A DNA stretch of 64,000 nucleotides from an uncultured Planctomycetota bacterium (lineage in GTDB: Bacteria > Planctomycetota > Planctomycetia > Isosphaerales > Isosphaeraceae). Below are positions 45,325-55,775 of this stretch, piece after piece. Within the stretch, counting starts at the first letter, position 1. The number at the start of each line of letters is the position of its first letter. The stretch is from the NCBI GenBank assembly GCA_963823665.1, contig CAWGMQ010000007.1, forward strand, positions 992,001 through 1,056,000. The letters run 5' to 3'. Below the pieces are notes generated by a model. That model saw only the letters and a program-made list of their open reading frames with translations, was not told the origin of the DNA and ran no database searches. The position numbers and the translations under genes were made by a program.

Positions 45325-45809
45325 TCAGAAGGCGTCGCTGCTGATGACTTCGCCGCCGTTGCGGATGCCAACGCCTTGCCAGATGAGGAGGTTCATCGAG
45401 TTCTTCATGAATTGGACGTCGCCGTCGGCCATCAACGTGTTGACGCCGCCGGGGTGGCGGCTTCTGCTCGCGACATTCAGCGATAGCCAGCTCCAGAGCG
45501 GATCGGAACTCGTGCTGTGAGGCAGACAGCCGCGGCAGTCGCGCAGCAGGTCGTTCGGTGCTCGGAGGTGGTTTTACGATGCTGTGGCCAGGTGCTCCGT
45601 AGTGCCAGCGCACGCCCTTGGTCGCCTGGAACTGTGTGGTGGTGGGCGGGGGGCTGAGGCAGAGCGCCGCATAGTCGGCGTCGGAGCTGATGGGAGGGCC
45701 AGTGGTGCTGTTGTTACCGGTGACGAGAAACGCTCCCAGAGGGTCGGTCAAGTAAGTCGAGATGGAAGTCGAGCAACTCGATGAGCGTAAACCCACGACG
45801 GATGCGCAT
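45325..45809 (-). pseudogene. DUF1559 prepilin-like protein remnant (internally deleted and frameshifted)
   Basis: N-terminal MRIRRGFTLIELL. C-terminal RSRHPGGVNTLMADG..NGGEVISSDAF* (H-X9-DG). Only ~485 nt; lacks the AVQxAREAARR..C.NNLKQ region. Confidence 0.75.
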
Positions 45810-45831
45810 TTCATTCACTCGCAATCTGGAC

Positions 45832-46248
45832 CTACTTGAGCTCGATGATTGCAATCTTCTTGGGATCTTCGATACGGATGCGAATCTGATCATCCTCTTC
45901 AATTACCTTGCCGGTGACGCGGATCGTCTTGTCCTTGAAATGCTCGGCGGGGTCATCGATTCCGGCCTCGCGAAACTTGTCGGCGTGGTCGTAGCTGATC
46001 GCGACGGAGAGATTCTTCGCGTCATGAAAGTCTTCTTCGGAATCGAGAAAGTAGGTCTTCCGTCCGGCGGCGTTCTTGCTCGACTTGACCTTCATTTCGA
46101 ACGTACATTCCTGGCCGACGTGGTTTCGCCCCTCAGCGGCCGGGAACACTTTTTCAGCTTTTTTGTCGTCATCCCTGGCTGCAACGGAATTGCCCCAAGC
46201 GGGTGCGGCGGCGAACAGAAGCAGCAGCAGCCGGAAGGACGACGGCAT
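45832..46248 (-). CDS. Secreted small protein, probable OB fold
   Basis: Signal peptide, HVGQECTFEMKV..FLDSEEDF..KDKTIRVTGKV..IRIEDPKKI. Confidence 0.7.
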   Translation of the reverse strand: MPSSFRLLLLLFAAAPAWGNSVAARDDDKKAEKVFPAAEGRNHVGQECTFEMKVKSSKNAAGRKTYFLDSEEDFHDAKNLSVAISYDHADKFREAGIDDPAEHFKDKTIRVTGKVIEEDDQIRIRIEDPKKIAIIELK

Positions 46249-46541
46249 AGACGAATTCCTCGGGGATTTCAGGGTCGGATTCGCGACCGACACCGTTGAG
46301 CGGTCCGAGCAACCATCATGATCACCTGGCCGCGCTGGAAAGAGGAGATTGGGGCTTTGCGCCATGATCATGGCGTTACGCCACGATTGTAAAGGCTGCG
46401 GCACCGGAATCAAATCGTTTTCCGGAAAAACTCGGGGCGGGCAATAGAGCGGCCTTGTGTGGTAATCTTTAGGCTCAACTTGCTACGGGTCGGTAAGGTT
46501 TCGATCGACGGTGGTTGATCCGACGGAGACAAGACACGATC

Positions 46542-47164
46542 ATGGCGCGGATTTCGTTCGTGGAGAACGACCTCAGAGCTCGTCGGGAGCGCGCGGGTTG
46601 GTCGCAGGCGGAGCTGGCCCGGCGAGCCGCACTTTCGCGCGCGAGATCAGCGCCATCGAAACCGGGCGGCTCGTTCGTTCGACGGCTGCGGCGCTTTCTC
46701 TGGCACGCTCCCTCGACCGCAGTGTCGAGTCGCTTTTTCGCCTGCCGGAGCGCGAGCGTGAGCAAGTCGCATGGGCCTGGACTTGTGAGCCTCCCTTTGC
46801 GTCCGGTCGGTTCTGGCGTGCGGAAGTCGGCGGCTGCGCGCTGCTCTATCCTGTAGAGGTCTCCCCGTTGGGGTTGCTTCCCCACGATGGGACGTTTGGC
46901 GACCAAGGTCTTGATTTCCACCCCTGTGATGATTCATTGCGTACGCTGGTGCTTGCCTCTTGCGATCTGGCGGTCGGACTTCTGCACGTCCGCAGGAAAC
47001 GTTACGAGATCTGTTCCCTGGAATCGCTCGCCGAAGATCCGCGGCTCGAGCCGCTTTCGGGTGTGGTCAGGTCCGGTCATTATCGGCGCTCGCTGGGCGA
47101 ACTGCCTGGCTACGACGTGTCTCATACCGGCGAGCTCAGCCGGTTCAGCTCGCCTGGGAAATGA
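46542..47164 (+). pseudogene. XRE-HTH + periplasmic-binding-like (molybdate-type) regulator, internally deleted and frameshifted
   Basis: LRARRERAGWSQAELARRA|ISAIETGRL..ALSLAR..VESLF HTH. TLVLASCDLAVGLL joins directly to the family C-terminus RYE..LGELPGYDVSHTGE. Confidence 0.65.
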
Positions 47165-47246
47165 GTTGACTTGCGCTGGATCGGATCTCAGGATGGTTGA
47201 CTTGTGCTCGAAAGTCCGCGGAACCAGTGTAGACAAGGAGCATGAA

Positions 47247-47675
47247 ATGAGATCACTGATCTGTGTGGCAAGTGTGCTGGCCGTGTTGGCTTTTGCCTGT
47301 CTGGCAGCCGGCACGGCGGGGGCTTCGGACGACGATGAGGAAACGCCCACGATCAAGACTGTCATGGAAAAGCTGCACAAGGGCGCCAAATCGCCGGTCA
47401 ATAACCTCAAAGCGGCCCTCAAGGGCAACTCACCTGATTGGGAGTCGGTACAAAAGGAGGCCAAGCTGGTCAAGAAGTACGGCGATGCGCTGCCAAAGAA
47501 CGACCCGCCGCGCGGCAAGAAGGAGGCGTATGAGAAGCTTGCCAAGGCGTATGCCTCGAGTGCGAAATCACTGGAAGAAGCGGCCGAGAAAGAAAACCTC
47601 AAGGGTGCTCGTGACGCGCTAAAGAAGATTCAAGGCTCGTGCACCGCGTGCCATAAGAGCCATCGGCCGACTTGA
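47247..47675 (+). CDS. Cytochrome c' (class II, four-helix) family protein
   Basis: Signal peptide, helical body and C-terminal SCTACHKSHR haem motif. AAGGAG RBS. Confidence 0.85.
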   Translation: MRSLICVASVLAVLAFACLAAGTAGASDDDEETPTIKTVMEKLHKGAKSPVNNLKAALKGNSPDWESVQKEAKLVKKYGDALPKNDPPRGKKEAYEKLAKAYASSAKSLEEAAEKENLKGARDALKKIQGSCTACHKSHRPT

Positions 47676-47742
47676 TGCGGCGTGGGGCTGCCGTTGCAGC
47701 ATTGAACCGAGGAAAGCACGATTTTGGCGAGGTGCGCTCGCG

Positions 47743-48912
47743 ATGCAGCTTCCCTTGATCTCACAAAAGGCGTCGCGATTCACCGAGAGCGTGATCCGTG
47801 GGATGACGGTCGAGGCGCGGAAGTTTGGCGCGATCAACCTGGCGCAGGGGATGCCGGACTTCCCGGCTCCGCTCGAGATCAAGCAGGCCGCGTGCCGAGC
47901 GATCGAAGACGACATCAACCAGTACGCGATCACGTGGGGCTCAAAAAGTCTGCGGCTGGCAGTCGCGGAGCACGCCGCCTGGCACTTGGGAATTGAGGTC
48001 GATCCGGAGACGGACATCACGGTGACCTGCGGCAGCACCGAGGCCATGCTCGTGGTGCTCCTGTCGTTAATCAATCCAGGTGATGAAGTTATTTTGACTC
48101 AACCGTTCTACGAGAACTACTGGCCTGACTGCGCACTCGCCGGCGCGATTCCCCGATTCGTTCCGCTCCATCCTCCGGGCTGGCGCTTCGACCCTGACCA
48201 GCTCGGCGCGGCCTTCAATGACAAAACCAAAGCGATCATCCTGTGCAATCCGAACAATCCGACCGGAACGGTTTTTACGCGAGAAGACCTGGATCAGGTC
48301 GCTGCGCTGTGCCGCAAATGGAATGTGATCGGCGTCACGGATGAAATCTATGAGCACATTGTCTACGATGGCCGGCCACACGTTGCGCTGGCTGCGCTTG
48401 ACGGCATGCGGGATCGTGCGGTGACGATCGGTGGCATGTCGAAAACTTACGCCGTGACGGGGTGGCGCGTCGGAACGATCATCGCAGCACCTCATCTGAC
48501 TCATGCGTTTCGTCAGGTGCACGACTTCGTTTCGATCGGCGCGGCGGCCCCGCTTCAGGAAGCCGGCGCGACGGCGTATCGATTTCCACGATCGTATTAC
48601 AGCAAGCTCGCTGCGGATTATCAGGCGCGGCGAGACCGATTCTGCAAGGCGCTCTGGGAAACTGGGTTCGACTTCGCGGCGCCTGAAGGCGCCTACTATA
48701 TCATGGCGGGGATCTCTGCGTTTGGGGCAAAAGACGACGTGGAATTCAGCCGCTACCTCGTGCGTGAAATCGGCGTCGCAACTGTGCCGGGATCGAGCTT
48801 TTTCCAGGACAAATCGCTCGGGCGACCGTACGTACGGTTTTGTTTCTGTAAGCAAGATTCCACACTCGACGCCGCGGCGGATCGCCTGCGAAAGTTGCGC
48901 GTTGTCGTGTGA
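47743..48912 (+). CDS. PLP-dependent aminotransferase class I/II
   Basis: AINLAQGMPD, NPNNPTG, TDEIYEH, SKTYAVTGWRVG and VRFCF. Confidence 0.93.
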   Translation: MQLPLISQKASRFTESVIRGMTVEARKFGAINLAQGMPDFPAPLEIKQAACRAIEDDINQYAITWGSKSLRLAVAEHAAWHLGIEVDPETDITVTCGSTEAMLVVLLSLINPGDEVILTQPFYENYWPDCALAGAIPRFVPLHPPGWRFDPDQLGAAFNDKTKAIILCNPNNPTGTVFTREDLDQVAALCRKWNVIGVTDEIYEHIVYDGRPHVALAALDGMRDRAVTIGGMSKTYAVTGWRVGTIIAAPHLTHAFRQVHDFVSIGAAAPLQEAGATAYRFPRSYYSKLAADYQARRDRFCKALWETGFDFAAPEGAYYIMAGISAFGAKDDVEFSRYLVREIGVATVPGSSFFQDKSLGRPYVRFCFCKQDSTLDAAADRLRKLRVVV

Positions 48913-48952
48913 TCTCGCCGGATGATGCAATCTTGAACAAGGGACAAGTACC

Positions 48953-49708
48953 ATGAATATCCGCTTCATGCCATCGATTGACGTTCGTGCTACCGAAGCA
49001 CGACTCCCGCTCTTGGCGATGTTGTTGCTCGCCTTGGGAGTTGCCACGGACGCTTGCGCTCAAACGCCCCTCCCCGGGCCATACACAAACTTTAACACGA
49101 ATCAGTACTCCGGCCCGCTGTATTACAATCCGGGTTATGCGCAGTACGGGTTGCCCGGAGTCGGAGTGTCACCGTGGAATCCGATCGTTCAGGCGCAGCT
49201 CAATCTTGGGATGAGAACGGCGCGTTACAACATGTACAGTGCGTGGGCCGACCAGTCTAACGCCGCCGCCAACCTTTATTATCAGCAAGCAGTGGCCCAG
49301 CAGATCCAGAACGCACAAGCGCAGCAGGCCATTCAAACACGCTATGACGTTCAAACTCGCGCTCCGCGCCCGCTTACCCGCCCGACCGACAACACCAAGC
49401 GGCTCTTGGCCAAGAGCGATGTGCTCAAGGCAGACGGGAACGTCATTTGGCCGGCATTGGCGCCGTCGAGTGATGAGTTAAACAAAGCTCGCCACGGGGC
49501 TGAAGCCGCAATCCGCGTTGCGGTCAAGGAGTTCGAGACCACTGGCAAAGCGTCGATCGCCAGCGTCGCAGAAGCGAAAAGCGACCTTTTTGAGTACGGC
49601 AAGCCCGCGCTCGACCAACTGGCTCGCGCAAACCGCGAGGACGCCAAAAAGCTGCTGAAATTCTTGGCCAGCTTGGAACAGGTGCTGAATAGCCTCACTG
49701 GAGAGTAA
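48953..49708 (+). CDS. Secreted hypothetical protein (Tyr/Asn/Gln-rich N-region, helical C-region)
   Basis: Signal-like LLAMLLLALG..CAQ in a long intact ORF. Confidence 0.65.
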   Translation: MNIRFMPSIDVRATEARLPLLAMLLLALGVATDACAQTPLPGPYTNFNTNQYSGPLYYNPGYAQYGLPGVGVSPWNPIVQAQLNLGMRTARYNMYSAWADQSNAAANLYYQQAVAQQIQNAQAQQAIQTRYDVQTRAPRPLTRPTDNTKRLLAKSDVLKADGNVIWPALAPSSDELNKARHGAEAAIRVAVKEFETTGKASIASVAEAKSDLFEYGKPALDQLARANREDAKKLLKFLASLEQVLNSLTGE

Positions 49709-49825
49709 GAGAACGAATTGGTGGAGAACCTACACACAACGACCGCTCGAACCGAGCGACAGGGCCGCCGAAGAGTGATCTGCGCGAACTGCCGCCCCGT
49801 TCCAGCTTGAATTCGCCCGTTCAGA

Positions 49826-50952
49826 TCAGGGGCGAGCGGCTTCGCCCGCGCCCTTCACGCTGTTCTCGACAGCCTTCGACAGGCGCTCCCGTCTAATTCA
49901 ACGTGTGTGATGTTGCCGTCGCGGCCTACGAGAATCGTTGCCGGTACGGCGGCGACCGAATACGCTTTGGCGGTCGCCTCAGCGGATTCTCCGAGGATTT
50001 CCGGCCACGCCGCGCGGTGGTGAAGCAAGAACCAGCGAACGGTCGAAAGCACCTCCTTCGGATCGGACTTGTTCCCGTTCAGGTCTTGGCCGAGCGAGTC
50101 GAGATTGACACCGATCACGATGAAGCCCTGGCCACGGTAGGCGTGGTATAACTCGCGAAGATGCGCGAACTCCGCAACACACGGCGGTGCCCAGCTCGCC
50201 CAAAAGTCGATCAAGACAACCTTACCCTTATAGTCGGAAAGACGGACCGGTTTGCCGTCGGCATCGGTCCCTTCGAACATCGGCGCGGGCTTGCCGACCA
50301 TCTCGAAACGGGCTAGACGATGCTCGAAGTAAGGCTTGACTGTTGGGTCGGGATGACCAGTCTGAGAAAGGAGATTGCACACCTCCTTGGCGAGGTCATA
50401 GCGACCGCCGCGGGCAAGCCGCTGAAGATATGCCTCGCCGACGGCACAGACCAAGGGTGCAGGGAGCCGGTGTTCGTCAGAGACGTCGGCAGCAGCCCGC
50501 TGCTTGAGAAACTCCTTTAACTCGACGACCGACTTGTCAAACTCGCCTCGTTCGGCCTGTTTGATCAAGATGATCGAGGCTGCGAGCGCGAAGTTCTCGT
50601 GGTCGCCGCGAGCGTGAGCGAGGTAGGCGCGGGCCAGCGATTCGGCCTCGCTGTAAAGACCGCGGCCAACCGCTAGATCAAACGCCGCATGGTAGGTCGA
50701 TTCGGAGTCGTAGCCGGTCTGGCGTTGCGCCAACGCGGACAGGTCAGCGAGCTTCCTGCGATCGAGCTCGGCCGCCTGACGTGCGTAGTGCGCTTCCAGC
50801 TCGGCGCGCGAATTGAACGCGTTGTCCGCAGCCGGCTGGTAGGGCTTATCCGCGGCCCCGTCGCCCAGCCCCGCAGCCGTTGACACCACCGAAACGAGCA
50901 AAAGGAAAGCGAAGCCGGTTGAAATCCAAGTCGCGACGCGTGATGAATTCAT
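49826..50952 (-). CDS. TlpA-like thioredoxin-fold protein with helical N-terminal region (probable 3' frameshift; annotated ORF stop 49855)
   Basis: VGKPAP..DGKPVRLSDYKGKVVLIDFWASWAPPC..IGVNLD..VPATILVGRDG. Confidence 0.82.
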
Positions 50953-51117
50953 GACTTCGCTCTCGGGCTTTGGTTTCATTGGAAGATGATTGGGTAACAC
51001 ACCTCCCTGGCCGGAAATCGCTGATCGCCAGGGGCCTGCTCGCTAATTTAACGCCCGGAATAGGGGTGCACAAGGAAGTGTTGGCAGGTAATGAAGCTTC
51101 GCACAGAGGTCGCGTGT

Positions 51118-54027
51118 TCATTCTGAGCCGGTGCTTGCCCGCGTCGGTGAGCTTTCTTTCGATCCCGCGGACTTGGCTCGCGACTTTGCTGGGACGGGGT
51201 TTCCTTCCACGTCAAGCTGCTCGAACCTCTCGACGAATGGCAGGCTCCGCAGCGGTTCCTCGATTTGTGATCGGTCACCAACGACCAGAATCGCCATCTT
51301 CTCGGCCGTGATGTACTCGCGTGCGACCCGGTCGACATCGGCCTTGGTGACCGCTTCCACACGCGCCTGGTAGCGAGCGAACTCATCGTCCGGAAGGTCT
51401 TCGGCGATCAGAATCGCGAGCTGGCCGGCGACCCCGAAAGTGGTTTCGAACCGATGAGGGAATCCCTGAACCATCCGCTGTTTTGCGAAGGCTAGCTCTG
51501 CCTCCGTGACCGGGCGCTTGCCGGAGACGTCGATCAATTCCTTGAACAACTCGACGAGCGATTCTCTGGTGACCGCCGTCTGCACTGTCGCGACAGCCTC
51601 AAACGGCCCCGGTCCTCGCAAGAACGAGAAACTCGATTCGGCGCCGTAGCTGTAGCCCTTGTTCTCCCGCAGATTCATGTTGATCCGGCTCACGAATTGG
51701 CCACCCAGCACGGCGTTCATGACCGAAAGCGCGAAAACGTCGGGTGATTTGCGGGCGGCGCCGATTCGCCCCACGGTCAGCACGGTCTGAGCCGCGGCCG
51801 GTTTATTGACCAGAAAGATCGTGCTCCGGCCGATGGTTGGAACGGTGCCGACCGACGTTGCCGGCTGCGGCGGGGCCGTGCCGGCTGCCCAGGCGCCGAG
51901 CCGGGACTCGAGGGCCGCGGTGATCGAATCCGGCTGCACGTCGCCAACGACCACGAGCGCTGCGTTTGCCGGCACCATGATCTTCTTGCAGAACGCGACC
52001 ACGTCATCGCGGGTGATCGACTGGACCGAGCTCGCCGTCCCCAGCTCGGGCCGGCCGTACGAATGATCCGGCCCGTAGATCAAACGCGGGAAGATCGCTT
52101 CCGCCGTGTGCTCGGCATCATCGGCCCGGGCTTTCAGTTGAGCCAGGCGCTGAACCTTCAACCGTACGAGCTGTTTCTCGGGAAACGACGCGTTGAGAAT
52201 CACGTCGGCGTAGAGATCGAGCGCAGGATTGAGGTGCCTGGTGAGCGTGGTCAAGCTGACGGTCGACGATTCCAGCTCGCCGGCTGCCCCCAGCGACGAG
52301 CTGATCTCTGCCAGCTCGCCGGCGATTTGTAGTGCGTCGCGCGAACTTGTTCCCTCATCCAGCAAGCCGATGGCGATCGAAGCGAGCCCTTCCTTACCCT
52401 TGGGTGTCGAAGTCTCGCCGGACTTGAAGACCAGGTCGAGCGTCACGATCGGCAGGTCATGTCGCTCGACGATTCTGAGCTCGAGGCCGTTCGAGAGCCT
52501 GCGGCGCTCAAAGCTCGGGGGCGAGTATCGCGGAGTCGGTCCGACAGCGGGGATTAAAGCGCGGTCGAAGTCGTCGCGGATGTCCGCGCTCGGTGGGCTC
52601 GGTAAGGGCGCCTCGCGCGAGGCATCTGCCACCGTTTCCGGCGCACGAGAGGCTGGGTTGCCCGGAACGACGTCCAGCTCAATGAAATGAGGGCCGAGGT
52701 ATTCCCTCGCCACTCGCTTCACGTCTTCGGGCGTGACGGCAAAGATCTTGTCGATTTCGACCTGATAGCCGAGCGGGTTGTCATACCGGTCCGTGTACTC
52801 GTTCAACAGGGCGGCCTTGCGAGTCACCGACTGCATGCTCATCACGAGCTCACTCTCGCGCTCGTTTTGTGCCTTGCGCACTTCCGCCGCCGTGGGGCCA
52901 TCCTGCTTCAGCTTCTCGATCTGGGCCTCGGCAATCTCGACGAGCTCATCGAGTTTCTGGCCCGGCTGCGAGTAGAGCTCCACTTCGAACGTGCCCGAAA
53001 GCAAGTGGGTCGGATGCGACGCTTGCACCTGGGCCGCGAGCTGGCGGTCGTACACCAGAGTTCGGAACAGCCGATTCTCTTTGGGCAAACCGCCAAGGAC
53101 GGCTGCAAGCACGTCGAGTGCCGGCTCGTCCGGATGAGTGCTGGGCACGGTCGGCCAGATCAGCTCGGCGCGAGAAAGACTGACGGCGTCGGTCATCGTG
53201 ATATGCTTGGATTCCGTGAGCTTGGGAATGCTCGGTTTCGGCCGGACGATAGCCGGCCCGCGCGGCAGCGGGCCGAAGTACTTCTTGATCCAGGTTTTGG
53301 CCTGCACAGGTTCAAAATCGCCGGCGACACAGAGGATCGCATTGTTGGGGACGTAGTAAGTGCGGAAGAATGCCGAGACATCCGCCAGGCGAGCGGCAGA
53401 CAGGTCGTTCATCGAGCCGATCACGCTGTGGTGATAAGGATGATTGGTCGGATAAAGGGCCTTCAGAAGCGCTTCTTCCGCTTGGCCATAAGGCGCATTA
53501 TCAACACTCTCGCGGCGCTCGTTCTTGACGACGTCGCGCTGGTTGTCGAGCCGATCCTGGGTCATGGACGGCAGCAGGAAGCCCATCCGGTCGGCCTCGA
53601 GCCAGAGCGCCAGCTCCAGTGCGTTGCTCGGCACGGTCTCGTAGTAGATCGTGTCGTCCTCACCGGTGGTGCCGTTCAGATCGGCGCCGAGCTTTTCGAG
53701 CGGTATGAAATAATCGCTGTCGTGATGCTGCGATCCCTGGAACATCATGTGCTCGAAGAGGTGGGCGAAGCCCGTCCGTCCGGGCTTTTCGTCTTTTGAG
53801 CCGACTCGGTACCACAGATTCACGCCAACGACGGGCGTTTTGTGGTCTTCGTGAAGCACGACTCGCAATCCATTGGATAGGGTGAACTGTTCGACCTTGA
53901 GCATGGGGACCTGCGGTTTCCTCGGTTCCTCGGCCGCTGGCTCGGCCCCGATGACGATCGGCACCCAGACGCCCCAGACCACGACGGCAAGGCCGAAAAA
54001 AGCCCGGCGGATTCTCGTCGGTCGCAT
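51118..54027 (-). CDS. M16 family (pitrilysin/insulinase) zinc peptidase, two-module
   Basis: GRTGFAHLFEHMMF (HxxEH), NERR, second module LSNGL.., SRINMNLRENKGYSYG. Signal peptide. Confidence 0.93.
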   Translation of the reverse strand: MRPTRIRRAFFGLAVVVWGVWVPIVIGAEPAAEEPRKPQVPMLKVEQFTLSNGLRVVLHEDHKTPVVGVNLWYRVGSKDEKPGRTGFAHLFEHMMFQGSQHHDSDYFIPLEKLGADLNGTTGEDDTIYYETVPSNALELALWLEADRMGFLLPSMTQDRLDNQRDVVKNERRESVDNAPYGQAEEALLKALYPTNHPYHHSVIGSMNDLSAARLADVSAFFRTYYVPNNAILCVAGDFEPVQAKTWIKKYFGPLPRGPAIVRPKPSIPKLTESKHITMTDAVSLSRAELIWPTVPSTHPDEPALDVLAAVLGGLPKENRLFRTLVYDRQLAAQVQASHPTHLLSGTFEVELYSQPGQKLDELVEIAEAQIEKLKQDGPTAAEVRKAQNERESELVMSMQSVTRKAALLNEYTDRYDNPLGYQVEIDKIFAVTPEDVKRVAREYLGPHFIELDVVPGNPASRAPETVADASREAPLPSPPSADIRDDFDRALIPAVGPTPRYSPPSFERRRLSNGLELRIVERHDLPIVTLDLVFKSGETSTPKGKEGLASIAIGLLDEGTSSRDALQIAGELAEISSSLGAAGELESSTVSLTTLTRHLNPALDLYADVILNASFPEKQLVRLKVQRLAQLKARADDAEHTAEAIFPRLIYGPDHSYGRPELGTASSVQSITRDDVVAFCKKIMVPANAALVVVGDVQPDSITAALESRLGAWAAGTAPPQPATSVGTVPTIGRSTIFLVNKPAAAQTVLTVGRIGAARKSPDVFALSVMNAVLGGQFVSRINMNLRENKGYSYGAESSFSFLRGPGPFEAVATVQTAVTRESLVELFKELIDVSGKRPVTEAELAFAKQRMVQGFPHRFETTFGVAGQLAILIAEDLPDDEFARYQARVEAVTKADVDRVAREYITAEKMAILVVGDRSQIEEPLRSLPFVERFEQLDVEGNPVPAKSRAKSAGSKESSPTRASTGSE

Positions 54028-54049
54028 AAATGCTGATCCCTCCTTGACA

Positions 54050-54709
54050 TCACTTTTTTTGTGGCGGCCAGTCGATGGGATCGTCGCCAAGTTCGTCTGC
54101 GAGTGATGCGCACTGCTTGCGAACGGATTTGAGGACGCGTGACGAGTACACGTAGACGGCTTCCGCGGTGATACCCAGCTCAGCGGCGATTAAGGCGCCT
54201 GGGCGGTCGCGAAGCATTCTTTGCTCGAAACATGCCCAGGCGGTGCGCGACGTTTTCGAATGGACATGCGGCAGAGCCCGCTTCAGGATCTGTTCCTGGT
54301 TGATCTCGTTGAGCTCGTCCTGAAGCTTGCGGCTCTCGGCTTCGCTCGATTCATGAAATCGCTTCACCCACTGTTCCTCGGCCTGGCGGCGTGCCTTGAC
54401 CCGCCGTGCGTGATCGACGAGTGCCGAATATGTCAGCTTCCAGAGGAAGCTGCGGAACCGCCCGCGCTTGCTGTCCAGCTCAAAGCCGGGCAGCGTCTGC
54501 ACCAGCCTGACGAACACATCCTGGACCAGATCGTTCGCACGGTCCTCCTCAAGCCCCAGGCGTCCCAGGTATCGCATGAGCAACGGCGCGTAGAAGTCAT
54601 GGAACCTGCGCCAGCTTTCAACGTCCGAGGGATCGCGGACGTTCTTGATCAGCGACAGGTTGGTCCGGAATTCAGACCTGTCATCGTCAGCTCGCGAGGT
54701 CTCTGCCAT
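54050..54709 (-). CDS. ECF sigma-70 family RNA polymerase sigma factor
   Basis: TNLSLIKNVRDPSDVESWRRF, DLVQDVF, RGRFRSFLW and IAAELGITAEAVY..SRV. Confidence 0.9.
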   Translation of the reverse strand: MAETSRADDDRSEFRTNLSLIKNVRDPSDVESWRRFHDFYAPLLMRYLGRLGLEEDRANDLVQDVFVRLVQTLPGFELDSKRGRFRSFLWKLTYSALVDHARRVKARRQAEEQWVKRFHESSEAESRKLQDELNEINQEQILKRALPHVHSKTSRTAWACFEQRMLRDRPGALIAAELGITAEAVYVYSSRVLKSVRKQCASLADELGDDPIDWPPQKK

Positions 54710-54827
54710 CGGCGCCCGGCTCCTCGGCTAGCCAACCCACCGGCGAATGTCCCGACCGACGCGGCCGGCATCCCGCTATTCTATCCTGGGCCTTCCAGAG
54801 ATGCGCCTGGTTAGAAACGAGCCGCGG

Positions 54828-55277
54828 CTAAATCACCCAATCGCCGATGTGAGACGTTCCCCGTTCGTGACTTTCCCGAATCAGATCCGCGAACGTCGTC
54901 TTGTCGACGACGTCAGAAATAGCTTGGCGGACCCTCGCCCAGAACGAGTAAAAGTGGCAGCCGCCAGGAAACTCGCAGACCTTGGGCCGTGTCTGGCTCA
55001 CACAATCCACCGGCGCGATCGGCCCGTCAACGTATCTCATGATTTCACCAACCGTCAATTGATCGGCCGCCCTCGCCAGGCGATAGCCTCCCTCAGCCCC
55101 GCGGCGGCTCTGAACAAATCCACCACCCTTGAGCTGATTCAGAATCACTTCGAGAAACCGGATCGGGATCTGCTCACGCTCGGCAATCTCCGCGATTTTC
55201 ATCGGCTCAGGGCCCACGTGGTCTGCCAGCGCATACACCGCTCGCAATGCATAGTAACACTTCGAAGACACACTCAT
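54828..55277 (-). CDS. Rrf2 family transcriptional regulator (three Cys, possible Fe-S)
   Basis: YALRA, IAEREQIP.FLE.IL..LK.GG..SRRGAEGGY and CVS..C....C. AAGGGGG RBS. Confidence 0.92.
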   Translation of the reverse strand: MSVSSKCYYALRAVYALADHVGPEPMKIAEIAEREQIPIRFLEVILNQLKGGGFVQSRRGAEGGYRLARAADQLTVGEIMRYVDGPIAPVDCVSQTRPKVCEFPGGCHFYSFWARVRQAISDVVDKTTFADLIRESHERGTSHIGDWVI

Positions 55278-55432
55278 GCGCCCGATTTCCCCCTTCGATG
55301 GCCTTTTAGGGAATCGTTACTATTTCGACCGGGGAAATCAAGACGGGAACGTACGGCTCTCGCCCGCGACGCGCGCTTTTCACATCCAACCGGAGACCAT
55401 CGGCGGTGTTGCGGCGTAGCCCCTACGTCGAA

Positions 55433-55775
55433 TTATCGCGAGGCCACGTCCAGAGGGATGGCCTCCATGTCCTCGATCACAGGAACGACGGCCTCACGAA
55501 GCTGCCTGGGCTCAAACGCGATCAAGCCGCGACGAAATGCACATGAAAGGCACAGCTTCTCGGTGTTCTGCTGAACAAACACCTCGCCATCGCCCAGGCG
55601 GTGGTAGAAGTCCTGCCCTGGAGCCATCATGTGACACAGCTCGCGATCGCTGCCGGTTTTCACGCCGACCTTCCAGCCACGCTCGAAAACGAACATTCTG
55701 CGCGGTATCGGGGCCGCGATTGTCGTCGAGCGACTTCTGCTCAACGAATTGCTCACTACGTTGATCTCGGATCAT
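55433..55775 (-). CDS. Small hypothetical protein (frameshift ~55700)
   Basis: ATG overlaps the stop of the upstream HTTM gene. Body FERGWKVGVK..CHM..EKLCLSC. Confidence 0.55.
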
